64,000 nucleotides of DNA from Bacillota bacterium (lineage in GTDB: Bacteria > Bacillota > Limnochordia > Darwinibacteriales > Darwinibacteriaceae): the NCBI GenBank assembly GCA_012521335.1, contig JAAYMM010000002.1, forward strand, positions 53,030 through 117,029. The letters are read 5' to 3'. Below, in pieces: positions 39,404 to 48,400 of this stretch (position 1 is the stretch's first letter; each line of letters starts with the position of its first letter). The notes under the pieces are model-generated. The model was not told the DNA's origin. It ran no database searches and saw only the letters and a program-made list of their open reading frames with translations. The position numbers and the translations under genes were made by a program.

Positions 39404-39961
39404 ATGATTGGTGGAATTTTGGACGACGGAAAAGCCAGGATGGAAGAGGTTATTGCCCGCACCAAAAAAGCTTTTGCCAGCGTACGCACGGGGCGCGCCA
39501 ATCCCGCACTTCTCGATCGCATTGTTGTTTCCTATTACGGGACCCCTACACCTCTGCCTCAGATGGCCAGTGTGTCGGTTCCCGAGCCCAGGCTGCTGGT
39601 GATCACTCCGTGGGATAAAAACTCCATCAAGGACATCGAAAAGGCCATTCTGACCTCTGACTTAGGGCTAGTACCCTCCAACGATGGTTCGGTGATCCGT
39701 CTGGCCATCCCGCCCTTGACAGAGGAGCGCCGCAAGGAATTAGTGCGCCTGGTTCGCAAAGATGCCGAGGACTTCCGCGTTGCGGTGCGCAATATCAGGC
39801 GTGACTTGAACGAGGCCGCCAAGAAGAAGGAGAAAGACGGCGACATCTCCGAAGACGATTTGAGGCGGGCGCAGGACGAGATTCAGAAATTGACCGATCG
39901 CTACATTGAGCAGATCGATGAACTGCTGAAAGCCAAAGAAAAGGAGATCATGGAAGTTTGA
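39404..39961 (+). CDS. frr: Ribosome recycling factor
   Basis: 185 aa; '[24 protein letters not shown]' signature. Confidence 0.95.
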   Translation: MIGGILDDGKARMEEVIARTKKAFASVRTGRANPALLDRIVVSYYGTPTPLPQMASVSVPEPRLLVITPWDKNSIKDIEKAILTSDLGLVPSNDGSVIRLAIPPLTEERRKELVRLVRKDAEDFRVAVRNIRRDLNEAAKKKEKDGDISEDDLRRAQDEIQKLTDRYIEQIDELLKAKEKEIMEV

Positions 39962-40200
39962 GCAGACAGCAGGAGTTCTCAGAATGGGAGTTTCTGATCG
40001 GCTACCCTCTAGAACAGGCCCAGGAAATCCTCCTGGAAGAAGGGGTGGCTTTTGAGGTGATCTGGACCGCGGCCCCCAAGTATCAGGGGCATGTGCCCTC
40101 TCGAGATGAAGACTCTGCTGAGGACACCCGTGTTGTGGCCGTGCGCAGAGGCTCGCCAGTGGGCTTGGTCTGCGCGGTCCAAGATTGGAATGTGGACTAG
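39958..40200 (+). CDS. Hypothetical small protein between frr and uppS
   Basis: 80 aa ORF, TTG start overlapping the frr stop; no family recognised. Confidence 0.35.
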   Translation: MSRQQEFSEWEFLIGYPLEQAQEILLEEGVAFEVIWTAAPKYQGHVPSRDEDSAEDTRVVAVRRGSPVGLVCAVQDWNVD

Positions 40201-40211
40201 GAGGCATGCAC

Positions 40212-40946
40212 TTGAGTAAAAAGACGAACGGCCTGCCGGCACACGTGGCCATTATCATGGATGGCAATGGGCGCTGGGCCAAGCGGCGAGCCCTGCCGCG
40301 CTACTTCGGGCACAGGGAGGGGGTCAAAGCCCTGAAGACGGTGGTGCGCTATGCTGCGGAACGGGGCATCCCCACCCTGACCGTGTACGCATTCAGCACC
40401 GAAAACTGGCGCCGGCCCCGGGAAGAAGTGGAGTTCCTCTTGGATCTGATGTTCAAAACCTTCGTTCAGGAGATCGAGGAACTGCGCCAGGAAGGTGTAC
40501 GCGTGCGTTTGGTGGGCGACCGGACAAGCCTGTCCGATCAGATCAAGGCCGTGTGGGTCAAGGCGGAAGAGCTCACCGCCCACAACACCCGCTTGACTTT
40601 GAACGTGGCCTTCAACTACGGCGGGAGGTCCGAACTGACCAGAGCCGTCAGGGAGCTGGCCAGCCGTGTAGCTAGGGGAGAGCTGACCGTAGAAGAGATC
40701 ACGGAAGACGCTATCTCCCAAGAGCTGTACACTTGGCCCAGCCCCGATCCTGATCTGATCATCCGCACCGGCGGCGAGCAGCGCCTGAGCAATTTTCTGC
40801 TCTGGCAGGCCGCGTACAGTGAACTGTATGTAACTGACGTTCTCTGGCCCGATTTTGGGGAAAAAGAGTTTGAGCAAGCTCTCCAAGACTACATGGGGCG
40901 GGAACGCCGTTTTGGGCAAGTATCCGCAAAGGAGCAGAACGGTTGA
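40212..40946 (+). CDS. uppS: Undecaprenyl diphosphate synthase
   Basis: 'PAHVAIIMDGNGRWA' and 'FSTENWRRP' motifs; start TTG 40212 (or ATG 40206) after AGGAGG. Confidence 0.9.
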   Translation: MSKKTNGLPAHVAIIMDGNGRWAKRRALPRYFGHREGVKALKTVVRYAAERGIPTLTVYAFSTENWRRPREEVEFLLDLMFKTFVQEIEELRQEGVRVRLVGDRTSLSDQIKAVWVKAEELTAHNTRLTLNVAFNYGGRSELTRAVRELASRVARGELTVEEITEDAISQELYTWPSPDPDLIIRTGGEQRLSNFLLWQAAYSELYVTDVLWPDFGEKEFEQALQDYMGRERRFGQVSAKEQNG

Positions 40947-41716
40947 ACATGTTAGCGCAGCGCGTGCTCACAGCTGTAGTTGGTCTACCTATCCTATTGG
41001 CTGCCCTCCTTTTCGGAGGCGCAGCCTGGCGTTTATTGGTGACATTGTTGATCATAGTCGGGCTCTGGGAGTTTGCGGCCATGAGCGGCCCCGGCCTCTA
41101 TCTTGACTATCTAGCTGTGGCCGGACTATCCTTTCTGGCCGTGACATATAGTGGGGTAGATGGAACGAAGCTGCTCCTTTGGCTGGCCCTGCAGCTCCTC
41201 TATTATCTCCTGCGGTCCGCCTTCAGCGGCATGCACAGTTTCGCTTCTGCCGCCAACCTGTTGGGTGTCTTGTATGTGGCTGTCCTGTACAGCTTTCTCG
41301 TCTTAGTGCGGGAGCATTTCGGGGTGAGCTGGACTTTGTTTGGCTTTCTGGTAACCTGGGCTACTGATACAGGAGCATATTTCGGTGGGCTCAAGTACGG
41401 CAGGCACAAACTTTGTCCTAAGATTTCCCCCAACAAGTCGGTTGAAGGCGCGTTGTTCGGCCTGGTGGGCGGGGCAGTGGCCGGGATCGTTTTCGCTCTG
41501 GTTGCACAAGAGTCCCTGCTGCAGCTGGCCACGTTTGCGCTGGTGCTTTCGCTGTGCGGCCAACTGGGAGACTTGGTGGAATCGGCCCTGAAACGGGAGC
41601 GGGCTGTGAAGGACAGCGGTTCCATACTGCCAGGTCACGGAGGCATCTTGGACCGTTTCGATTCGCTCTCCTTTGTTTTTCCCGTGCTCTACGGTCTGCT
41701 CAGCCTATTCGCTTAG
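40943..41716 (+). CDS. cdsA: Phosphatidate cytidylyltransferase
   Basis: Polytopic membrane protein; C-terminal 'KDSGSILPGHGGILDRFDS' CTP-transferase signature. Confidence 0.9.
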   Translation: MNMLAQRVLTAVVGLPILLAALLFGGAAWRLLVTLLIIVGLWEFAAMSGPGLYLDYLAVAGLSFLAVTYSGVDGTKLLLWLALQLLYYLLRSAFSGMHSFASAANLLGVLYVAVLYSFLVLVREHFGVSWTLFGFLVTWATDTGAYFGGLKYGRHKLCPKISPNKSVEGALFGLVGGAVAGIVFALVAQESLLQLATFALVLSLCGQLGDLVESALKRERAVKDSGSILPGHGGILDRFDSLSFVFPVLYGLLSLFA

Positions 41717-41746
41717 CCTTCGCTGACCCCAAAGCGGGGTGCCGCC

Positions 41747-42733
41747 TTGCTACCGCCTGTTCTAACGGCAGCCGCCTTGTTCTGCGCGGCCCTAATCCTG
41801 CTGAAACTAGCGTTTCCATATGTGGCGCCGTTTCTGCTGGGTCTGAGCCTGGCGCTGTTTTTGGACGGGCCCGTCACATATCTGGAGCAACGCGGCTGGC
41901 CGCGTCCTGCTACATCTCTGGCCCTGGTAACTGCGTGCTTCCTGGCCCTGCCTGGCGTGATCGGGTTGTTTTTCGTAAGATTGTGGCAGGAGATGCAGGG
42001 GCTGTTGACCTTGGGGCTGGTGGGTCAGCTGGCCGGGGAGTTTTCCGAGCATGTTTTGAGCTTATTGGAAAAGATCCCTTTCGCTTCCCAATGGGATTTC
42101 GCGGGGCTTTTTGCGCTGCCCCAGGTGCTGCTGAGCTGGGCGTCGGCTATTCCCGATCTTTTTTTGATCTGGACCCTGACTGCCCTCAGCGCCTATTTTT
42201 TCCTGCGCGACAAACGCAAGCTCTTCCGTTGGGCTGCCGAGCAGCTGCCGCAGAAAAGGGCGATCAGCGTACGCCAGCTGTATGTAGATACAGTCGGGGC
42301 TCTTTGGCACCTGGTGCGCGTGCAGCTGGTCTTGGTCCTTTTGTCCACGGGAGCTAGTATGGTCTTTTTCTCCTTGCTCAAGCTGCCCTTTCCGCTGCTC
42401 TCCGGTTTTCTCGTGGGCTTTTTTGATCTCTGCCCCGTTGTGGGCCCGGGTCTCGTTTACCTGGCCTTGGCCCTGATCCAACTATCTTTAGGGAATTCCC
42501 AGATAGCTCTGGCCTTGGGCCTGGGATATCTGGTAGTATTACTGTTAAGGCAGTGGGGTGAACCTCACTTGGTTGGCGAACGTCTGGGGCTCCACCCGCT
42601 GGCGGCCCTGATCGGGGTCTATGTGGGCTTTCGTATTTGGGGCCCTTTGGGGGCCGTTACAGGTCCGATCCTGTTGGTTATTTTCCAAGCTTATTTACGC
42701 CAAACACGGGCGCATGTTTGTAGAAAGGGTTAA
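41747..42733 (+). CDS. AI-2E family (UPF0118/YtvI-like) integral membrane transporter
   Basis: 328 aa, about 8 TM segments; conserved 'FDLCPVVGPGLVYLALALI' region typical of the PerM/AI-2E family. Confidence 0.6.
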   Translation: MLPPVLTAAALFCAALILLKLAFPYVAPFLLGLSLALFLDGPVTYLEQRGWPRPATSLALVTACFLALPGVIGLFFVRLWQEMQGLLTLGLVGQLAGEFSEHVLSLLEKIPFASQWDFAGLFALPQVLLSWASAIPDLFLIWTLTALSAYFFLRDKRKLFRWAAEQLPQKRAISVRQLYVDTVGALWHLVRVQLVLVLLSTGASMVFFSLLKLPFPLLSGFLVGFFDLCPVVGPGLVYLALALIQLSLGNSQIALALGLGYLVVLLLRQWGEPHLVGERLGLHPLAALIGVYVGFRIWGPLGAVTGPILLVIFQAYLRQTRAHVCRKG

Positions 42734-42736
42734 GTC

Positions 42737-43867
42737 ATGCCTAATGTAGTTATTCTCGGTTCAACAGGTTCCATTGGAACCCAGACGCTGGACGTAATCC
42801 GCACTCTGCCGGATATCAAAGTGCTCGCGCTGGCTGCAGGCACTAATCACAAACTGCTCCGGGAGCAGATGGCTGAGTTCCGCCCGGAGATGGCCAGCAT
42901 CCTCGTGCCAGAGCAAGCGGAGGCGCTGGCCAGCGAGTTTTCCGTTCCCGTGTACAGCGATCCGCGGGCCTTGGAGGATATGGTTACCGACCCGCGCTGT
43001 GATCTGGTGGTAGTAGCCGTGGTCGGGGCAGCGGGGTTAAAGCCCACCCTGGCAGCCCTCAAGGCAGGCAAGCGGGTCGCTCTGGCCAACAAAGAGACGT
43101 TGGTGGTGGGAGGCCATCTGGTCATGCAGTATCGGGAGCAGATCGTGCCCATCGACTCAGAGCACAGCGCACTGTGGCAGCTCTTTTTGGGCCGTCCTCG
43201 AGAGGATGTATCCGAGATTATCCTTACGGCCTCTGGAGGGCCCTTTCGTACCTACCAAGGAGATCTCGCCACTGTCACCGTGGAGCAGGCCTTGGCCCAC
43301 CCGCGCTGGAACATGGGCGGCAAGATCAGTATTGACTCGGCCACTTTGATGAACAAAGGGTTCGAAGTGATTGAGGCCCACTGGCTGTTCGGACTGCCTT
43401 TTGAGTCAATCAAGGTGGTCGTCCACCCGGAGAGCATCGTTCACTCACTGATCCGTCTCCAAGACGGGGCTCTTTTGGCCCATCTGGGTACTACGGATAT
43501 GCGCCTGCCCATCCAATACGCCTTAACGTACCCGCGGGTGCAGCCGTCCCCTGTGGAGCCGTTGGATCTGGCTGCTGTGGGCAGCCTATCCTTTGCAGAG
43601 GTGGACCATGGTCGTTTTCCCAGCTTGGGGCTGGCGTACGCTGCGGGGCAGGCGGGAGGCGCCAAGCCTGTAGCTCTCAATGCGGCGAATGAAGAAGCAG
43701 TACGCGCCTTTTTGGCCGGCGAAATCAGGTTTACGCAAATCGCTGAGACGGTTCATGCCGTTGTTGAGGAGTTTCCGGGACAATCTTTTCTAACTTTGGA
43801 GGAGATACTAGCGGTAGACGCTGAGGCCCGTGAGCGGGCAAGAGCTTTCATGGGCCAGAGAGGATGA
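42737..43867 (+). CDS. dxr: 1-deoxy-D-xylulose 5-phosphate reductoisomerase
   Basis: 'VVILGSTGSIGTQTLDV' NADPH-binding N-terminus; 376 aa. Confidence 0.95.
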   Translation: MPNVVILGSTGSIGTQTLDVIRTLPDIKVLALAAGTNHKLLREQMAEFRPEMASILVPEQAEALASEFSVPVYSDPRALEDMVTDPRCDLVVVAVVGAAGLKPTLAALKAGKRVALANKETLVVGGHLVMQYREQIVPIDSEHSALWQLFLGRPREDVSEIILTASGGPFRTYQGDLATVTVEQALAHPRWNMGGKISIDSATLMNKGFEVIEAHWLFGLPFESIKVVVHPESIVHSLIRLQDGALLAHLGTTDMRLPIQYALTYPRVQPSPVEPLDLAAVGSLSFAEVDHGRFPSLGLAYAAGQAGGAKPVALNAANEEAVRAFLAGEIRFTQIAETVHAVVEEFPGQSFLTLEEILAVDAEARERARAFMGQRG

Positions 43868-43871
43868 TAAT

Positions 43872-44903
43872 ATGATCACCTTAGTTGCCTTTGTGGTCAT
43901 TTTTGGAACCATTGTGCTCGTTCATGAGCTGGGGCATTTTCTCGCAGCCAAGGCTGCGGGGATCCGCGTGTACGAGTTTGCCATTGGCTTTGGACCTGCC
44001 TTAGTCAGTACCACCAGAAAAGGAACCAAGTATTCTCTGCGCATCGTTCCCCTGGGAGGCTTCGTGAAAATGGCGGGCATGGACGAGCCCGTAGACTATC
44101 ACGAAGATGTGCCCGATGACGATCCAGAGAGTTTTCAGAGCAAAAGCCTGCCTTGGAGGCTGGGTACAATTGCCGCAGGGCCGTTCATGAATTTCGTCCT
44201 AGCCATTGCCCTGTTTGTTCTCTATTTCATGTTGGTGAGCGTACCGCCCATGGTGACCACGGTGGAGCCTAACTCTCCTGCACACCGTGCAGGGCTTCTG
44301 CCGGGCGACTTGTTCATCAGCGTAGACGGACAGCCAGTTGCTGAAGCAGATGAGGTGGTCCGCCTCATTCAAGGGGCTGCCGAGAGGGAGATGGAGATTG
44401 TTGTAAGGCGCCAGGGCAGTCTGGTTACTCTCACAGCCGTGCCCGACGCTGCCAACGGCCAGGGCTGGTTGGGGGTGGCCATCAGTGAAGCGAAGCCGCG
44501 CTATCCCTTCCTCACAAGTGTGCGGGCAGGGGCGGTGCAGACCTGGAGGCTGACAACCCAACTCATTGGAGAGATCGGCCGCATGATTTCTGGCAGACAG
44601 CCAGTGGAGATCTCGGGCCCCATCGGCATTGTACAGATTGTAGGCGAGACAGCCCGCCACGGAGTGCCCCAGCTGTTGATTCTGGCGGTAATCCTCAATG
44701 TCAACTTGGGGTTGTTGAACTTGCTGCCAGTACCTGTCCTAGATGGTGGCTGGCTGCTCATCCTTGTCCTAGAAGCAGTGCGCGGCAAGCCTCTGCGGCC
44801 CGAAACACGCGGCATAGCCCAGTTCGTGGGGTTAGCCCTGTTGATCGCGCTCATGCTCTTCGCCACCTTTAAGGACCTAACCCGCATCAACCTATTTTCC
44901 TGA
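43872..44903 (+). CDS. rseP: Site-2 (RIP) zinc metalloprotease RseP/RasP
   Basis: 'LVHELGHFLAAK' HExxH, PDZ domain, 'LNLLPVPVLDGG' motif. Confidence 0.9.
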   Translation: MITLVAFVVIFGTIVLVHELGHFLAAKAAGIRVYEFAIGFGPALVSTTRKGTKYSLRIVPLGGFVKMAGMDEPVDYHEDVPDDDPESFQSKSLPWRLGTIAAGPFMNFVLAIALFVLYFMLVSVPPMVTTVEPNSPAHRAGLLPGDLFISVDGQPVAEADEVVRLIQGAAEREMEIVVRRQGSLVTLTAVPDAANGQGWLGVAISEAKPRYPFLTSVRAGAVQTWRLTTQLIGEIGRMISGRQPVEISGPIGIVQIVGETARHGVPQLLILAVILNVNLGLLNLLPVPVLDGGWLLILVLEAVRGKPLRPETRGIAQFVGLALLIALMLFATFKDLTRINLFS

Positions 44904-44917
44904 TGGAGTGTTGCTGT

Positions 44918-45979
44918 ATGCGTGACAAAACTCGGCGGGTGATGGTGGGCAGTGTACCTATCGGGGGCGGTGCCCCCATTTCGGTGCAGTCCATGACCAA
45001 CACCGATACGCGCGATGCCGCGGCCACTTTGGAGCAGATCAAAGCTTTGGCCGCTGCCGGATGTGACCTCGTGCGTCTTGCGGTTCCTGACCAAGCGGCC
45101 GCGGACGCGCTGTTTACGATCGTGCCTCAAAGCCCAGTTCCTCTCGTGGCGGACATTCATTTTGATCACCGCCTAGCCCTTCGGGCCTTGGAGGCGGGCG
45201 TGCACAAACTGCGGCTGAACCCGGGAAATATCGGAGATGAACGTAAGGTGCAGGAAGTGGTGAGCGCTGCCAGAGAACGGGCTGTGCCCATCCGCATTGG
45301 CGTCAATTCCGGTTCGATTTCCAAGCCGCTTCTGGACAAGTACGGGAGAACCCCCGCAGCCATGGTGGAAAGCGCCTTGGAGCACGTGGCCATCTTTGAA
45401 CGCCTGAGCTTCTACGATATTGTCATCTCCGTAAAAGCTACGGATATTGCTTTCACGGTTCAGGCCTACGAAGAGCTGAGCCGCCGGGTTCCCTATGCGC
45501 TGCATCTAGGGATTACCGAAGCGGGGACGCGTTGGTTTGGAACCATCAAATCAGCAGTAGGCCTGGGGGCACTGCTTTCCAGGGGCATAGGTGATACCCT
45601 ACGAGTGTCGCTTACTGCCGATCCGGTGGAAGAGGTCAAGGTAGGCTGGGCCATCCTTTCCTCCCTGGATCTGCGGAGAAGGGGGCCGGTGTTCATCTCC
45701 TGCCCCACCTGCGGAAGAACCGAGATCGACTTGGAAGGAATAGCGCAGGAAGTGGAGAACCGTTTATGTGACTTTCCGCTGCCCATCACCATCGCGATTA
45801 TGGGTTGTGTTGTGAACGGTCCTGGCGAAGCCAGTCACGCTGATTTAGGGATCTGCGGCGGGAGAGGTGTAGGCCTGGTGTTCCGCCGCGGGCAGATTGT
45901 GCGGAAAGTACGGGAAGAAGAGTTGGTGGATGCCCTTGTGGCTGAAGCTAATAGATTGCTGGAAAAGGATAGGGGATAG
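44918..45979 (+). CDS. ispG: 4-hydroxy-3-methylbut-2-en-1-yl diphosphate synthase (IspG/GcpE)
   Basis: 'RRVMVGSVPIGGGAPISVQSMTNTDT' N-terminus and C-terminal 'SCPTCGRT...CVVNGPGE' Fe-S cysteines. Confidence 0.95.
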   Translation: MRDKTRRVMVGSVPIGGGAPISVQSMTNTDTRDAAATLEQIKALAAAGCDLVRLAVPDQAAADALFTIVPQSPVPLVADIHFDHRLALRALEAGVHKLRLNPGNIGDERKVQEVVSAARERAVPIRIGVNSGSISKPLLDKYGRTPAAMVESALEHVAIFERLSFYDIVISVKATDIAFTVQAYEELSRRVPYALHLGITEAGTRWFGTIKSAVGLGALLSRGIGDTLRVSLTADPVEEVKVGWAILSSLDLRRRGPVFISCPTCGRTEIDLEGIAQEVENRLCDFPLPITIAIMGCVVNGPGEASHADLGICGGRGVGLVFRRGQIVRKVREEELVDALVAEANRLLEKDRG

Positions 45980-45982
45980 ACT

Positions 45983-47698
45983 ATGCTCATGTCGCAGTTA
46001 TATGCGCCAACATTGCGGGAGACGCCCTCAGAAGCTGAACTGGTGAGTCATCAGCTCATGCTCCGCGCTGGCCTCATGCGCAGGTCCGCTTCGGGCATGT
46101 ACACGTTTCTGCCCCTGGGGCTGAGGGTCATCCGCAAAGTGGAGCAGATTATCCGGGAAGAGATGAATGCCATTATGGGGCAGGAAGTGCTCATGCCCAT
46201 AGTCCAACCGGCCGAAATCTGGCAGGAATCTGGACGCTGGGATGAGTACGGTGATGAAATGTTCCGCCTCAAAGATCGCAACGGCCGCCAGTTCTGCCTG
46301 GGGCCCACCCATGAAGAGCTGATCACCGCTTTGGTGCGCTCGGAAGTGCGTTCTTACCGGCAGCTGCCCCTGCGGCTGTACCAGATCCAGAACAAGTACC
46401 GCGATGAGATCCGGCCCCGTTTTGGCCTGATGCGCGGCCGGGAGTTCATCATGAAGGACATGTACTCCTTTGACAAAGACGAAGAAGGCCTAGATGCCAG
46501 TTATTGGGCAGCCTACCATGCCTACGAAAGGATCTTCAAGCGCTGCGGAGTGGAAGCCAGACCTGTGGAAGCAGATTCTGGAGCCATTGGCGGTGATGTG
46601 ACCCACGAGTTCATGGTGTTGGCTGAAGCCGGGGAAGATAGTGTTCTGCACTGTCTGAAATGCGGCTACGCCGCCAATGTGGAACGGGCCGAAGGTGTAG
46701 ACCGAAAACTCCCAGCACCAAACGGCGAAAAGCAGCCGCTCCAAGAAGTGGCTACACCGCAGGTCAGCACCATCGCCCAGGTCTGCGCGTTTTTGAACAA
46801 AGAACCGCAGGACTGCATCAAAACCTTAATCTATCTGGCGGATGGGCGCCCTGTGGCCGCCCTTGTGCGCGGGGATCATAACCTGAATGAAATCAAACTG
46901 CGCAAGTTCCTCAACTGCGATGTGCTGGAACTTGCTGATGAGGATACCATCGTCCGCATCACCGGAGCACCGGTGGGGTTTGCCGGCCCCGTGGGCCTGG
47001 ATGTGCCCCTGTACGCAGATTATGCTGTGAAATACATACTGAACGCCGTGGTAGGGGCCAACAAACAGGATGCGCACCTGATCAACGCCAACCTGGATCG
47101 AGATTTTCAGGTCACGGAGTTTGCCGATCTGCGAGAGGTCCAGCCGGGCGATCCCTGCCCGCGCTGCGGAGATGCCTTAGAAGGCGCCCGCGGCATTGAG
47201 GTGGGGCAGGTCTTCAAGCTGGGTACCAAGTACTCTAAAGCCATGGGGGCCACTTTCCTTCAGGAGAACGGCGTGGAGACGCCCTTTGTAATGGGCTGCT
47301 ACGGTATTGGCGTAGGCCGGACGGTTGCTGCCGTGATTGAGAAAAACCACGATGCTGACGGCATCATCTGGCCCATCAGCATTGCACCTTACCACGTGAT
47401 CATCGTTCCCGTAAGCGTCAAGGATCCCGCCCAGACGGAGGCAGCCTACAAGCTCTATCAGGAGCTGCAGGCCGCTGGCATTGAGGTTGTGCTTGATGAC
47501 CGAGATGAACGCCCAGGTGTAAAGTTTAAAGACGCAGACCTCATCGGGTTTCCCATCAGGGTAACCATTGGGCCTAAGTCGTTGGAGAAAGGTGAAATGG
47601 AGTTAGTGATCCGGCGGACTAAAGAGGTGAGAAGCTTGCCGGTAGGCAGCATTTTAGCTGCAATACGGGAGATCCTGGAGGGCGGAGAGCAAGAGTGA
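45983..47698 (+). CDS. proS: Proline--tRNA ligase (bacterial type with editing domain)
   Basis: 571 aa; class II motifs and INS editing domain; '[11 protein letters not shown]' N-terminus. Confidence 0.95.
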   Translation: MLMSQLYAPTLRETPSEAELVSHQLMLRAGLMRRSASGMYTFLPLGLRVIRKVEQIIREEMNAIMGQEVLMPIVQPAEIWQESGRWDEYGDEMFRLKDRNGRQFCLGPTHEELITALVRSEVRSYRQLPLRLYQIQNKYRDEIRPRFGLMRGREFIMKDMYSFDKDEEGLDASYWAAYHAYERIFKRCGVEARPVEADSGAIGGDVTHEFMVLAEAGEDSVLHCLKCGYAANVERAEGVDRKLPAPNGEKQPLQEVATPQVSTIAQVCAFLNKEPQDCIKTLIYLADGRPVAALVRGDHNLNEIKLRKFLNCDVLELADEDTIVRITGAPVGFAGPVGLDVPLYADYAVKYILNAVVGANKQDAHLINANLDRDFQVTEFADLREVQPGDPCPRCGDALEGARGIEVGQVFKLGTKYSKAMGATFLQENGVETPFVMGCYGIGVGRTVAAVIEKNHDADGIIWPISIAPYHVIIVPVSVKDPAQTEAAYKLYQELQAAGIEVVLDDRDERPGVKFKDADLIGFPIRVTIGPKSLEKGEMELVIRRTKEVRSLPVGSILAAIREILEGGEQE

Positions 47699-48321
47699 AA
47701 GTAGCCGCGATTGTCCCCGCTTACAATGAGGAGCAGACCATCGGACCAGTTATAGAAGCTCTGCTGGAATGCCAGCTGCTTTCCGAGATCATTGTGGTCA
47801 GCGATGGCTCCGTTGATCGTACTGCAGAAGTAGCTCGTCAGTATCCAGTGAAAGTGGTTGAACTCGCCGAAAACATTGGCAAAGGCGGAGCGATGAAAGC
47901 GGGGGCCAACCACACCAACTGTGAGGTACTGCTCTTTGTGGATGCCGACCTAGTAGGCCTCCACAAAGAGCATATCGAAGCCCTTCTAGAACCGGTGCTT
48001 TCAGGGCGGACGGCCATGAGCGTCGGTGTCTTCTCGGAAGGGAGGCGCAGCACCGACCTGGCCCAGAAACTGGCGCCTTCTCTCTCGGGACAGAGGGCGG
48101 TGCGCAAAGACCTCTTCGATCAAGTGCCTAGACTGGAGAGCAGCGGCTACGGAGTGGAAGTGGCCCTGACCCAATTTGCTGAAAAGCATAATGTGGACAT
48201 CGTGCGCGTGCCCCTGCCTACCGTATCGCAGATTATGAAAGAGGAAAAGCGGGGCTTGGTTAAGGGGTTGTGCGCCAGGATGAAGATGTACTGGGAAATA
48301 GTGCGCTCCCTCCGCATCTAA
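47695..48321 (+). CDS. Family 2 glycosyltransferase (polyprenyl-phosphate sugar transferase-like)
   Basis: '[21 protein letters not shown]...[10 protein letters not shown]...LFVDADL' GT-A DxD fold; 208 aa; GTG start overlaps the proS stop. Confidence 0.7.
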   Translation: MKVAAIVPAYNEEQTIGPVIEALLECQLLSEIIVVSDGSVDRTAEVARQYPVKVVELAENIGKGGAMKAGANHTNCEVLLFVDADLVGLHKEHIEALLEPVLSGRTAMSVGVFSEGRRSTDLAQKLAPSLSGQRAVRKDLFDQVPRLESSGYGVEVALTQFAEKHNVDIVRVPLPTVSQIMKEEKRGLVKGLCARMKMYWEIVRSLRI

Positions 48322-48336
48322 CTTTTCTTGAGTTTC

Positions 48337-48387
48337 GGCCCCCTGAAGGACCGCGCCAGATCAGCGGCCTTGCGGGGGACTTTTTTC
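48337..48387 (+). terminator. Probable Rho-independent terminator upstream of polC
   Basis: GC-rich imperfect inverted repeat CCCCC...GGGGG followed by TTTTTT. Confidence 0.5.
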
Positions 48388-48400
48388 GGGAGGTGGCTTG

